Positions 7,902 through 19,511 are shown, counted from the stretch's first letter. The stretch: DNA of 54,850 nt from Collinsella sp. (GCA_048448865.1 DBGBLM010000036.1:1-54850); one strand, 5' to 3'. The notes: a model not told the origin generated them from the letters alone. Translations and numbers: made by a program.

Positions 7902-8477
7902 ATGCCCACGTCACAAAGCCAGAAAAAAGAAGCCATCGCTCAGGCGACCGAGCAGGAGCTCGCGTCGCTTGCAGATCGCGGCGTACGTATCTCGGGCAAC
8001 GCGTGCTCGCCGATTGTGCTGGTCAAAGGCGATTTGGATGAAGCCGAGTGCTCGGGCGGTGAGCTGGCTGCCGGCGCGGATGGCGCCGCGTTGCGCAAGG
8101 CGCTCGGCGCTATCGGATATGCCCCCGAGGATTTTTGCGTGCTGGCAAGCGTCTCCGGCGCGGGCGACGGAGCGGTCGCGGAGGGCGAGGCCCTGACGTG
8201 CGACCTGTTCCGCGAGGCGCTGGAGACCTTGGACCCCGAGGCGGTGCTGCTGCTGGACAACAGTGCGGCCGATGTCATGCGCGAGACCTATGCCGATATG
8301 CTTGTGGCAATTGATGACTTTGACACCGCCATGCTTAAGCCCGGCCTGGTCGCCCATGTGCAGGGGCGCCGTGTGCTGGCGCTCGACGGTTTTGAGGCGG
8401 CGCTCACCGACAAGGCCGCCAAGCAGCGCATGTGGGCCTACATTAAGCAGCTGACCCCGGCGGCCGCACCGCTGTAG
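7902..8477 (+). CDS. Hypothetical protein with a degenerate uracil-DNA-glycosylase (family 4)-like pattern
   Basis: GN..PIVLV, G..G..L.KAL.AIG, E.LDPEAVLLL...A, KQRMW..IK.L; TATAAT at 7868 and GGAG RBS. Confidence 0.6.
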   Translation: MPTSQSQKKEAIAQATEQELASLADRGVRISGNACSPIVLVKGDLDEAECSGGELAAGADGAALRKALGAIGYAPEDFCVLASVSGAGDGAVAEGEALTCDLFREALETLDPEAVLLLDNSAADVMRETYADMLVAIDDFDTAMLKPGLVAHVQGRRVLALDGFEAALTDKAAKQRMWAYIKQLTPAAAPL

Positions 8478-8495
8478 CGAGGCTGGCGGCAGCCC

Positions 8496-9772
8496 CTACA
8501 TCACGGCGCGCAGCTCAAACCGGTCGCCATTAATGCGGAACTGGCAGTTGCCGTTCATGCGCTCGACGGCAAGCATAATGCTCTTGGTGCCAAAGCCGTG
8601 CCCAGTGTGCTGAGCCACGGGCATGCCATCGACCATGTGCGGCGCACGGCCAAACGTGTTGGAAACCAGCAGTAGAAGATGACCGTCTTCGTAGCGAAGG
8701 TCCAGGTCGACAAACCGCTTGCCCTCGGGGGCGGCGCTCGCCGCGGCGATGGCATTGTCCAGGGCGTTCGATACCACACTGAACAGATCGACATCGCCCA
8801 CGTGGACGGTTTCGGGTACGGCGGCGCGCAGGTCGGCGGTGATGCCGTGCGCGTTGATGTCCGCGGAAAGCGACGAGAGCGCAATGTTGACCGTTTCGTT
8901 GGCGCAGTAGCGGCGCACGGCGGTGCGGTCGTTGGTCTCGCAGAGCGCGTCGATGCGCTCGAGCGCCTCATCGGTGTGACCCTCTTCGATCAGGGCCGCT
9001 AGACCGCGCAGGTAGTGGCGCATGTCGTGACGGAGAACCGAGAGCTCGCGTCCGGCCTGCACCAGGCTTCGAGCTCTTTGATGGCCGCGCTGTCGCGGGT
9101 CGCGAGCATCCAGCGCTCGCGCTCGGCGATTTCCTTTGCCTCGTATTCGCGAAGGTAGACGGCAAGAAACATAAGGTAGAAGGCGCAGAGGGCGAACGCC
9201 AAAAACTCAACGGTTACCACCGAGCCCGAGTGGAAGAGCGTGGTATAGACGTTGGTGGCGTACTCGAAGATGTAGTAGACGAGCGGCAGGATGAGCAGAA
9301 TCTCCAACTCGGTGGGGCTTTTGATCGACAGGCGGGGGCCAATGTCGCTTGCCCAATGCAACAAGACGGCAAAGACGCCGAGCGTGGTGATGATGCGCGC
9401 CACGTAGTACGCGACCTGCGAATCGGTGGCGGCGAATGCGGCGATGCCCATCCAGTTGCTAAACTGGCAGCTCAGGTAGGCACTGGTGACGCCCAGGATG
9501 GCGAGCAGCGGACTCAGGCGATAGCGTACGCACAGGTAGACGACAAGCGGCAGATGCACGACGAGTGGATAGGCCTGTCGGGCAAGCAGCTCACCACCGA
9601 CGAGGTTGGCAATCGCAAAAGCGGTGCCGGTTACGGCGCCGACCCCCACCAGCTCGAGCGAATGGCGGCGGTTGATCTCGACACCGCACAGCGCCGCCGA
9701 GGCAAAGACGCCAAAGAGCAACGTCGTCGCATGGTGGATTGCCCAAAGTACCAGTTCTGCCGAGGAAAGCAT
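8496..9772 (-). pseudogene. AgrC-like GHKL sensor histidine kinase, frameshifted near 9060
   Basis: Multi-TM sensor ORF (9772 onward) and the kinase ORF (LRHDMRH H-box, N-box SNALDNA, GHGFG) are in frames offset by one base. Confidence 0.85.
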
Positions 9773-10494
9773 CAGCGTCTCCCGCCCTCGAACCGCACCG
9801 CAAAGTAGGCGTCTTGGAATCCCTGCTTGCAGCTGCGCGCGAGCGGTATGCACGCGCCCGAGCGCATGACGATTTCCGTGCGGTTAAAGTGGTCGATGTT
9901 GCGCAGATTGACCTGGTAGCTGCGGTGGCACTTAAAGAAGGTCGCGTTTTGGGCCAGTCGGTCCTCGATGCTGCGGAACGGCTCGAGCGCCTCGATATCG
10001 CGGCCGTCGCGCAGGTGGAAGACCACGTGCTTGTTGCGAGCCTCGGCATATTCGATATCGGATAGGCGCAGGGCATGGTAGCCAAAGGACGTTTTGATGA
10101 CGAGCTCGTCGGTCGCTGCCGGACGCAGGCTCGACAGCTCGTCGAGCAGTTGCGCCACGCGCTCGTAGGTCACGGGTTTGAGCAGGTAGTCGAAGGCGCG
10201 GACCTCGTAGGACTCAAGCGCGAACTCGGGCGATGAGGTCAGAAACACCAAGTGCACGGCGGTATCGGATTGACGCAGCTCGCGGGCGGTGTCCATGCCG
10301 TTGACGAGCGGCATGATCATGTCGAGCATGATAATGTCGGCGCGCGATGCGGCATGGCGTGCCAGCAGGTCCTCGCCGCGCGTAACGAGTGCAACATCGA
10401 CCGCCGTACCCGTCTCGGCCGACCAGCGGTTGATCATGCGGTGCAGGTTATCTAGAAAGGCGACGTCGTCGTCGCAGGCGATGATTTTGAGCAT
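9772..10494 (-). CDS. LytTR-family response regulator
   Basis: Receiver (CDDD, LDMIMP..NG, FLT, YLLKP) plus LytTR domain (FFKCHRSYQVNL). Confidence 0.93.
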   Translation of the reverse strand: MLKIIACDDDVAFLDNLHRMINRWSAETGTAVDVALVTRGEDLLARHAASRADIIMLDMIMPLVNGMDTARELRQSDTAVHLVFLTSSPEFALESYEVRAFDYLLKPVTYERVAQLLDELSSLRPAATDELVIKTSFGYHALRLSDIEYAEARNKHVVFHLRDGRDIEALEPFRSIEDRLAQNATFFKCHRSYQVNLRNIDHFNRTEIVMRSGACIPLARSCKQGFQDAYFAVRFEGGRR

Positions 10495-10701
10495 TCGGGC
10501 CCCCTTAGTAGTTCGATTTTGCCACATTGGGTTCGCGCCACCCGCGGAGGAACACCCCGTTTGCGCCCCACGGTGCGCAACTCGCGCCGAGCGGCATTGC
10601 GGTGGCGAAAGATGCCTCCTGCGCTATCGAGGGCTCGACTATCCTTAGCTTGCCAGTTCGAAAATGGACCCGCCGCATGATTGAATCTTTATTTCAACTT
10701 T

Positions 10702-10745
10702 ACACCTGGCTTTACAGCTGTCTTGTCAGCTGTAAAGCCAGGTGT
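10702..10745. promoter_or_regulatory. Probable NiaR operator array upstream of nadA
   Basis: Perfect 19-bp arms ACACCTGGCTTTACAGCTG-N6-CAGCTGTAAAGCCAGGTGT; central ACAGCTGTCTTGTCAGCTGT resembles NiaR boxes; niaR is in the operon. Confidence 0.75.
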
Positions 10746-10786
10746 CATACTAAAGACCCAAGATTCGCCAAAAGAGAGGGGCCTTG

Positions 10787-11812
10787 ATGGCACAGAGCGC
10801 GAACATGGATGCATCGGAGCTTGCACGCGATATCGCGGCCGGCCTGGCATCGGCAACGACGGCAACGGAGCGCGCGGCGCTGGTACCCGCAGAGCTCGTT
10901 GAGGCCATTCATCAGCTAAAAACCCAACGTGACGCAGTGATCCTGGCGCACTATTATGTGGCGCCCGAGGTCCAAGCCGTTGCCGATTACGTCGGCGACA
11001 GCTTCTACCTGGCAAAGCTCGCCAAGAGCCTGCCGCAGCAGACGATCGTGCTGTGCGGCGTAGAGTTTATGGGCGAGAGCGCCAAGCTGCTCAATCCCAC
11101 CAAGACCGTGCTGCTGCCCGAGCCGGGCGCGGACTGTCCCATGGCGCACATGGTCAAGCGCGAGACGGTCGACGCGGCGCGCGCCGAGTATGGCGACGAC
11201 CTGGCCGTGGTGTGCTACGTCAACTCCACGGTCGAGATCAAGAGCTGGAGTGATGTGTGCGTTACCAGCTCTAACGCCGTCAAGATCGTCTCCGAGCTGC
11301 CGCAGCAGCACATCTTGTTCATTCCCGACCAGAACCTGGGCCGCTTTGTGGCCGAGCAGGTGCCCCAAAAGCACGTCATCCTCAACAACGGCTACTGCCC
11401 GCGTCATCACATCATCACCGTCGAGCAGATCGTCGACGCGCAGGAGGCGCACCCCGACGCGCTCGTGCTGGCTCACCCCGAGTGCAAGGCCGACGTCCTG
11501 GCCGAGGCTGACTACATCGGCTCCACTGCCGGCATCATCAAGTATGCCGAGGAGTCGGACGCCAGCGAGTTCATCATCGTGACGGTCCGCGGCGTGCTCT
11601 ACGAACTCGAGCGCCGCTGCCAGGGCACCGGCAAGAAGTTCTACTTCCCTGCGGTGCAGCCCACCTGCGTCAACATGGATCTTATCACGCTCGAAAAGCT
11701 CGTGCGCTGCCTGGAGACGGGCGAGGGCGAGGTGCAGATCGGCGTCTCGGACGAGGCAGCAGACCAGGCCAAGCTCACGCTCGACCGTATGCTCGAGTAC
11801 GCAGCACGCTAG
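10787..11812 (+). CDS. nadA: Quinolinate synthase
   Basis: ILAHYY, GDS, CGVEFM, CPMA, YVNS, CVTSSNA, AHPEC. Confidence 0.96.
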   Translation: MAQSANMDASELARDIAAGLASATTATERAALVPAELVEAIHQLKTQRDAVILAHYYVAPEVQAVADYVGDSFYLAKLAKSLPQQTIVLCGVEFMGESAKLLNPTKTVLLPEPGADCPMAHMVKRETVDAARAEYGDDLAVVCYVNSTVEIKSWSDVCVTSSNAVKIVSELPQQHILFIPDQNLGRFVAEQVPQKHVILNNGYCPRHHIITVEQIVDAQEAHPDALVLAHPECKADVLAEADYIGSTAGIIKYAEESDASEFIIVTVRGVLYELERRCQGTGKKFYFPAVQPTCVNMDLITLEKLVRCLETGEGEVQIGVSDEAADQAKLTLDRMLEYAAR

Positions 11813-11815
11813 AAC

Positions 11816-11850
11816 AATGTTGCATGAGGGACGGTCCCTTATGCCACATT
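11816..11850. repeat. 35-bp GGGACGG-core palindrome between nadA and nadB
   Basis: AATGT-T-GCATGAGGGAC-G-GTCCCTTATGC-C-ACATT. Confidence 0.65.
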
Positions 11851-11868
11851 ACAAGGGAGAGGATTCCT

Positions 11869-13245
11869 GTGGAAACCAAGCAATACCCCGATATGGAGTG
11901 CGACGTCGTCATTGCCGGCTGCGGCGTGGCGGGTCTGTACGCGGCCCTCAATCTGCCGACGAGCACGCGCGTGATCATGCTCTCCAAGGGCGCGGTCGAT
12001 GAGTGCGATTCGATGCTCGCGCAGGGCGGCATCTGCGTGCTGCCCGAGGGCTCGGACTATGATGCCTTCTTTGAGGACACCATGCACGCCGGTCACTACG
12101 AGAACCGCCGCGAGAGCGTCGACATCATGATCCGCTCGAGCCGTTCGGTCATCAACGACCTGCTAGCGATGGGCGTGGATTTTGAGCGCAAGGCCGACGG
12201 CAGCCTCGACTTTACCCGCGAGGGCGCGCACAGCCGTCCGCGCATTGCCTTCCATGCCGACATTACGGGCAAGGAGATCACGACCAAACTGCTCCAGGCC
12301 GTTCGCAAGCTGGACAACGTGCAGATTTTGGAGCACGTGGCCATGACCGACATCCTGACGGGCGAGCGTGACGGCGCCACGGTGTGCACCGGTATCGTCG
12401 CCGTTCCCGTGGACGAGAACAACTCGGTTCGTCCCGCCGACGAGCTGGTAAATGCCGCCGAGGGCGCGCATGCCGGCGAGCCGTTTAAGATCCATGCCCG
12501 CCACACGCTGTGGGCAACGGGCGGCATCGGCGGCGTATACGACCATTCGACCAACTACCCGCAGCTCACGGGCGATGCCTGCTACATTGCTCAGGAGCAT
12601 GGCATTAAGATGGAGCACCTGGACTACGTGCAGATTCACCCCACGGGGCTGTTCTCGCCGCAGCCGGGCCGCACCTTCCTGATCAGCGAGAGCTGCCGCG
12701 GCGAGGGCGCGATTTTGCTTAACGCCGCCGGCGAGCGCTTTACCGATGAGCTCCAGCCGCGCGATGTGGTCGCCGCCGCTATTCGCGAGCAGATGAAGCA
12801 GGACGGCACCGAGCACGAGTGGCTGAGCTTTGCCCCCGTCGAGCGCGACGTGGTGACCGGGCACTTTGCCAACATTCGCGCGCGCTGCCTGGAGGACGGC
12901 CGCGACATCTTGGACGAGCCCATTCCCGTTACGCCGACGCAGCACTACTTTATGGGCGGCGTGTGGGTCGACAAGGACGCCCGCACCTCGATGCCCGAGC
13001 TCTACGCCGCGGGCGAGACGGCCTGCAACGGCGTTCACGGCAAGAATCGCCTGGCTTCCAACAGCCTGCTCGAGGCGCTGGTCTGGGGTCGTCGCGCCGC
13101 GTGGTACATGCGCACCGGCGAGTCGCTCGCAGTGGAGCAGGCGGGCGATCCCGCGCTCGATGGCCGTCATCGCGCCCTGGGCGCCGACCCTCTGGCAATC
13201 GATGATTTGGCCCGTGCCGCCGGCACGCAGGCCGTGGAGGAGTAG
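11869..13245 (+). CDS. nadB: L-aspartate oxidase
   Basis: GCGVAG, AQGGI, EGAHS, QIHPT, SESCRGEG, HYFMGG, HGKNRLASNSL; GTG start inferred from RBS. Confidence 0.95.
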   Translation: METKQYPDMECDVVIAGCGVAGLYAALNLPTSTRVIMLSKGAVDECDSMLAQGGICVLPEGSDYDAFFEDTMHAGHYENRRESVDIMIRSSRSVINDLLAMGVDFERKADGSLDFTREGAHSRPRIAFHADITGKEITTKLLQAVRKLDNVQILEHVAMTDILTGERDGATVCTGIVAVPVDENNSVRPADELVNAAEGAHAGEPFKIHARHTLWATGGIGGVYDHSTNYPQLTGDACYIAQEHGIKMEHLDYVQIHPTGLFSPQPGRTFLISESCRGEGAILLNAAGERFTDELQPRDVVAAAIREQMKQDGTEHEWLSFAPVERDVVTGHFANIRARCLEDGRDILDEPIPVTPTQHYFMGGVWVDKDARTSMPELYAAGETACNGVHGKNRLASNSLLEALVWGRRAAWYMRTGESLAVEQAGDPALDGRHRALGADPLAIDDLARAAGTQAVEE

Positions 13246-13248
13246 ACC

Positions 13249-14109
13249 ATGAATCCCATTACCATGAAGCTCGTCGTCGATGATCTGATTCTGCAGGCCC
13301 TGCGCGAGGACATCACGTTTGAGGACGTGAGCACGGCGAGCGTGTGCCCCACGGCGCGTCCCGCCACGGTGGAGCTTATCGCCAAGGCCGACGGCATCAT
13401 CGCCGGCTTGGATGTGTTTGCCCGCACCTTTGAGCTGCTGGATTCGCAGAGCTCGGTGCTGTTTGATGTCTCGGATGGCGACGAGGTGCATGCCGGCGAT
13501 CACGTGGGCCAGGTGCGCGGCGACGCGCGCGTGTTGCTTTCGGGCGAGCGCGTGGCGCTCAACTACCTGCAGCGCATGAGCGGCATCGCTACCTATACAC
13601 ACAGCATGGCCGCGGCGCTCGAGGGAACCAAGACCGTGCTCGTCGACACGCGCAAGACCACGCCGGGCATGCGCGTGTTTGAGAAGGCGGCGGTTGAGAT
13701 TGGCGGCGGCAGCAACCACCGCTACAACCTGTCGACGGCCGTCATGCTCAAGGACAACCACATCGATGCCGCCGGTGGCGTGACGCGTGCGATTGAGATG
13801 GCGCGCGCCCATGCATCGTTTACCACGACGGTCGAGATCGAGTGCGAGAACCTGGACATGGTGCGCGAGGCCATGGAGGCCGGCGCCGACATCATCATGT
13901 TCGACAACATGACCCACGACGATATGGCTGCCGCGATTGAACTTATCGCCGGCCGTGCCAAGACCGAGTGTTCGGGCAACGTGGATGCCAGCAATATCCG
14001 CGCGCTTGCCGACCTGGGCGTTGACTTTATTAGCTCGGGCGCCCTGACGCACTCCGCGCCGATTCTCGACCTCTCGCTCAAGCACCTGCGTCTGTTGGAC
14101 GGTAAATAA
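13249..14109 (+). CDS. nadC: Nicotinate-nucleotide pyrophosphorylase (QAPRTase)
   Basis: DTRKTTPG, NHR, LKDNH, FDN, SGALTHSA. Confidence 0.96.
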   Translation: MNPITMKLVVDDLILQALREDITFEDVSTASVCPTARPATVELIAKADGIIAGLDVFARTFELLDSQSSVLFDVSDGDEVHAGDHVGQVRGDARVLLSGERVALNYLQRMSGIATYTHSMAAALEGTKTVLVDTRKTTPGMRVFEKAAVEIGGGSNHRYNLSTAVMLKDNHIDAAGGVTRAIEMARAHASFTTTVEIECENLDMVREAMEAGADIIMFDNMTHDDMAAAIELIAGRAKTECSGNVDASNIRALADLGVDFISSGALTHSAPILDLSLKHLRLLDGK

Positions 14110-14654
14110 TGGACGCCCGCGAGCGTCGCCGTGCCATCATGGGCGTGCTCGAGGAAGCCAAGGAGCCCGTTTCGGGCAGCGCACTTGCCCGCGAGGTGGG
14201 TGTGAGCCGCCAGATTGTTGTGCAAGACATCGCTCTGCTGCGCGCCGACGGGCACGATATCGTGGCGACCAACCGCGGCTACGTGCTGCAGGAGGCCTCC
14301 AGCAGCCCCGCTGTGCCCACGCGCTTGGTCAAGGTTCGCCACGGCGTGGAGCAGGCAGGCGATGAGCTCACGAGTGTCGTCGACGCCGGAGGCGCCGTGC
14401 TCAACGTGATCGTCAATCACCGCGTGTACGGTAAGATCACGGCCGACCTGGACATTCGCAATCGTCGCGATGTTGAGCGCTACCTGCACGATATCGAGAG
14501 CGGCAAGAGCTTTCCACTACTAACGGTGACGAGCGGCTATCACTTCCACCGCATTGCGGCAGAAGACGAGCAGACCCTCGACGAGATCGAGGCTATGCTC
14601 AAGGAAAAAGGCTACCTAGCAGACCTGATGCCCTACGAAGACGATTTGTCCTAG
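14109..14654 (+). CDS. niaR: Niacin-responsive repressor (HTH plus 3H domain)
   Basis: VSRQIVVQDIALLR, H..., H.VYG, GYHFH. Confidence 0.92.
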   Translation: MDARERRRAIMGVLEEAKEPVSGSALAREVGVSRQIVVQDIALLRADGHDIVATNRGYVLQEASSSPAVPTRLVKVRHGVEQAGDELTSVVDAGGAVLNVIVNHRVYGKITADLDIRNRRDVERYLHDIESGKSFPLLTVTSGYHFHRIAAEDEQTLDEIEAMLKEKGYLADLMPYEDDLS

Positions 14655-14671
14655 TCGACGCCGCATCTATA

Positions 14672-14738
14672 AGTTGCGGTGAAATAGTTCCTAAAATCGG
14701 CATCCAAGACATAAAACAGGAACTATTCCACCGCAACT
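14672..14738. repeat. 67-bp inverted-repeat element (family C, copy 1)
   Basis: AGTTGCGGTGAAATAGTTCCT-N25-AGGAACTATTCCACCGCAACT. Confidence 0.9.
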
Positions 14739-14777
14739 GCCAAGGGTCCCGCTCCAAGATTAGCTGCCCACATATGC

Positions 14778-14817
14778 AAAAGGAGGCCTCCGCGGCGATG
14801 CGGAAGCCTCCTTTTTT
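14778..14817. terminator. Bidirectional terminator between convergent niaR and ferredoxin
   Basis: AAAAGGAGGC..CCGC/GCGG..GCCTCCTTTT with A and T tracts. Confidence 0.75.
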
Positions 14818-14856
14818 GTGCACGGTGTACTTTTGAGTGTGCAAGTGGGGGAGTTG

Positions 14857-15042
14857 TTACTCCTCGACGATCTCGGTGATCGCGCCAGCGGGGCAAGCGT
14901 CCTGGCAAGCGCCACAGGCGACGCAGGAGTCCTCGTCAGCGACGGTAGCGACGTCCTGGAGCTCCAGAACGCCAGCGGGGCAGGAGTCGACGCAAACGCC
15001 ACAAGCGATGCACTCGTCGGCATCAATTACGGGATGAGCCAT
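14857..15042 (-). CDS. 2[4Fe-4S] ferredoxin
   Basis: Two CxxCxxCxxxCP motifs, 61 aa. Confidence 0.93.
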   Translation of the reverse strand: MAHPVIDADECIACGVCVDSCPAGVLELQDVATVADEDSCVACGACQDACPAGAITEIVEE

Positions 15043-15266
15043 GGTAGTTTCCTCTCTGTTGACCGACGCTACAGGCGATGCGCGCCGGTTTGATTCGGGC
15101 AAAAACATACCACGGGAGCGACCGTTTGCAATACCCTCTGGCCGGCATCTTCATACCGTTCGCCGAGTATGCCACGGCTTACTAAAAAACATGCAGGTGA
15201 GGCCGATGAGCTGCGCAAATGTTAGCTAAAGGTGACTTGAAATATTGGGCGATTGAGCGTGCTTGC

Positions 15267-15436
15267 GGAAACCGCATCCCATTATTTTGTCGAAAAACGG
15301 GTCGCAGTTTCCGGTTGGGCCCGCTAGCGGAAACTGCGACCCGGTATCAGCTCTCAAAACGGGATACGGTTTCCGGTTGAGCCTTCAGACGGAAACTGCG
15401 ACCCGGAATTCACGCTCAAACCGGGATGAGCTTTCC
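15267..15436. repeat. 170-bp alternating half-site array (family A, copy 2)
   Basis: Half-sites at 15267, 15299, 15329, 15361, 15391, 15423; spacers 18/16/18/16/18; flanked by CTTGC...GCAAG. Confidence 0.9.
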
Positions 15437-15564
15437 GCAAGACGGCCCCCAGGCACCCCCGGACGCAAACCTCAGCCATCTCTACATAGATCTCGATAGA
15501 TTTGCCGAGAACTCAAACAGTGCGTCTACCTGCGCATTTAAGAACCTAAACTCTCAGCAATAAG

Positions 15565-15591
15565 AAATCTTATATGAATTGACTTAGATTT
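15565..15591. promoter_or_regulatory. Probable HspR operator upstream of dnaK
   Basis: AAATCTTATAT-N5-GACTTAGATTT, also present upstream of clpB. Confidence 0.7.
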
Positions 15592-15700
15592 TGTATATTC
15601 CGGCCCATAAGGGGATACACTACATCCTGAAAGACAAGCCGAAGCGCCGCGCGACAGATCGTCGAGGCGGCGCGAACGCAAAAGAGAGAGGGAATTTCTA

Positions 15701-17593
<1,893 letters not shown>

Positions 17594-17595
17594 TC

Positions 17596-18438
17596 ATGTC
17601 CGCCCGTAAAGCTCGCACGGAGGCGGCCGCCGCTGGCGCCGCCCCCGTTGACTCTGAGGAGAAGGACGTGAAGATTCCCGTAGAGGCCGTCGACGATACC
17701 GAGGCCAACGAGGCCGCGGCCGCCGAGGCTGCCGAGAACCAGGTAGAGGATTCCAACAAGGAGGCGACGATGACCGAGGACGAGATGGTGGAAGCCGCTA
17801 TCCGCGCCGGTGAGGAAGCCGCCGACAACGACTTTAAGCTCAAGTTCGAGCAGGCCCAAAAGGAGCTCGCCGACGTGCGCAGCGAGCTCGATGCTGCGGC
17901 AGAGGCCCAGAAGGCCGCCGAGGACAAGGCAAAGGACGCCACCGAGCGCACCGCCCGTCTGCAGGCCGACTGGGAGAACTTCCGTCGCCGCACCGCCAAT
18001 GAGCGTATCGCCGAGCGCGAGCGCGCGACCGAGAAGCTCGTCACCGCGCTGCTGCCGGTGGTCGACGATATCGAGCGTGCGATCGACCATGCCCGTAGCC
18101 AGGAGCTTGCCGACGACTTTAAGCAGTTCGTCGACGGTGTCGACGCGGTGCATGCCAAGCTGCTCGATGTGTTTGCGCACGAGGGCGTTGAGCCCATCGA
18201 CCCCAAGGGCGAGGCGTTCGATCCGCTCGAGCACCAGGCCGTGGGCCGCGTCGAGGACGCATCGCAGTACGACGAGACCGTCAACGACGTGTACCAGAAG
18301 GGCTACCGCATGGCGGACCGCATCCTGCGCTCCGCGATGGTGACGGTGACCTACGGTGGCGAGAAGCGCCCCGCACCGGAGCCCGAAGCGGCGCCCGAGG
18401 ATGCTGCGGCCGATACGGCCGAGAGCACCGAGGAGTAA
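17596..18438 (+). CDS. grpE: Nucleotide exchange factor GrpE
   Basis: RLQADWENFRRR, FDPLEHQAV, YQKGY...LRSAMV. Confidence 0.96.
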   Translation: MSARKARTEAAAAGAAPVDSEEKDVKIPVEAVDDTEANEAAAAEAAENQVEDSNKEATMTEDEMVEAAIRAGEEAADNDFKLKFEQAQKELADVRSELDAAAEAQKAAEDKAKDATERTARLQADWENFRRRTANERIAERERATEKLVTALLPVVDDIERAIDHARSQELADDFKQFVDGVDAVHAKLLDVFAHEGVEPIDPKGEAFDPLEHQAVGRVEDASQYDETVNDVYQKGYRMADRILRSAMVTVTYGGEKRPAPEPEAAPEDAAADTAESTEE

Positions 18439-18441
18439 TTG

Positions 18442-18476
18442 AGAAGGGCCCCGGGGCAACACCCGGGGCCCTTTCT
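18442..18476 (+). terminator. Hairpin or attenuating terminator between grpE and dnaJ
   Basis: AGAAGGGCCCCGGG/CCCGGGGCCCTTTCT. Confidence 0.6.
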
Positions 18477-18545
18477 GGCCTAGTGCCATATGAAAGCATG
18501 AGCCGCCGCCCGCTGGGCGGCGGGTGAAACAGGAGAGGAGCTACG

Positions 18546-19511
18546 ATGGCTGCAGGCAAAACCTTCTATGACATCCTGGGCGTATCCAAGAGCGCCTCCG
18601 ACAAAGAGATCAAGAGCGCGTTTCGCAAGCTCGCGCAAAAATATCACCCCGATGCCGGCGGCGACGAGGCCAAGTTCAAGGAGATCAGCGAGGCCTACGA
18701 GACGCTTTCGGACGAGAAGAAGCGCAAAGAGTACGACCAGATGCTCATGTTTGGCGGCATGCCGGGCGCAGGCGGCGCGTATGGCGGAGGCTACGGTGCC
18801 GGCGCGGGCGCCAGCGGCTGGGGCGACATCTTCGATAGCATCTTTAGCGGCAACGGCGCCTGGGGCAGCGACTGGGGCTCGGGCTTTGCCGGGGCTGCGG
18901 GCGCTGCCGGTGCCGGCGCGGGTCGCAGCCGCGCTCGCAAGGGCGGCGACTTGTCGCTGACCGTCGATGTTTCGGCCGAGGACGCGTTTCGCGGCGTGAC
19001 GCACAAGGTCACCTATCGCATTCCCTCGACAGGCGAGCAGCAGACCATTACGGTCTCGGTGCCTGCGGGCGCGGTCGACGGCGGCAAGCTGCGCTACAAG
19101 CGTCGCGGCGAGTACGGCGTTGCCGGCGGCGAGCGCGGCGATCTGGTCGTGACCACGCACGTGGAGGAGCACCCGCTGTTTAAGCGCAAAGGTGCCGACG
19201 TGACCATGGAGGTACCGGTCTCGGTCTACGAGGCGGCGCTCGGCTGCACGGTGGACGTGCCCACGCCCGGCGGGGCGACGGTTCGTCTGAAGGTACCGGC
19301 GGGCACCCAGACGGGCAAAAAGTTCCGCTTTAAGGAGATGGGCGCGCCCGATGTTAAGCACCGTGGCCGCACAGGCGCGCTGCTTGTCGAGATCAAGGTG
19401 CAGGTCCCCACGAACCTGTCCGACGACGAGCGCGATGCCATGACCAAGCTGCGCGAGGCCGACACGCGCGACTACCGCGAGAAAGTCAACCGTTACAAGG
19501 CGACGTACTAG
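18546..19511 (+). CDS. dnaJ: J-domain co-chaperone lacking the zinc finger (DnaJ/CbpA type)
   Basis: HPD motif, Gly-rich linker, C-terminal GDL and VPAGTQTG motifs; no CxxCxGxG repeats. Confidence 0.9.
   Translation: MAAGKTFYDILGVSKSASDKEIKSAFRKLAQKYHPDAGGDEAKFKEISEAYETLSDEKKRKEYDQMLMFGGMPGAGGAYGGGYGAGAGASGWGDIFDSIFSGNGAWGSDWGSGFAGAAGAAGAGAGRSRARKGGDLSLTVDVSAEDAFRGVTHKVTYRIPSTGEQQTITVSVPAGAVDGGKLRYKRRGEYGVAGGERGDLVVTTHVEEHPLFKRKGADVTMEVPVSVYEAALGCTVDVPTPGGATVRLKVPAGTQTGKKFRFKEMGAPDVKHRGRTGALLVEIKVQVPTNLSDDERDAMTKLREADTRDYREKVNRYKATY

Noticed and set aside
15549..15558. AAACTCTCAG, reminiscent of the glycine riboswitch
   Set aside because: The rest of the aptamer is absent and the context is the dnaK promoter
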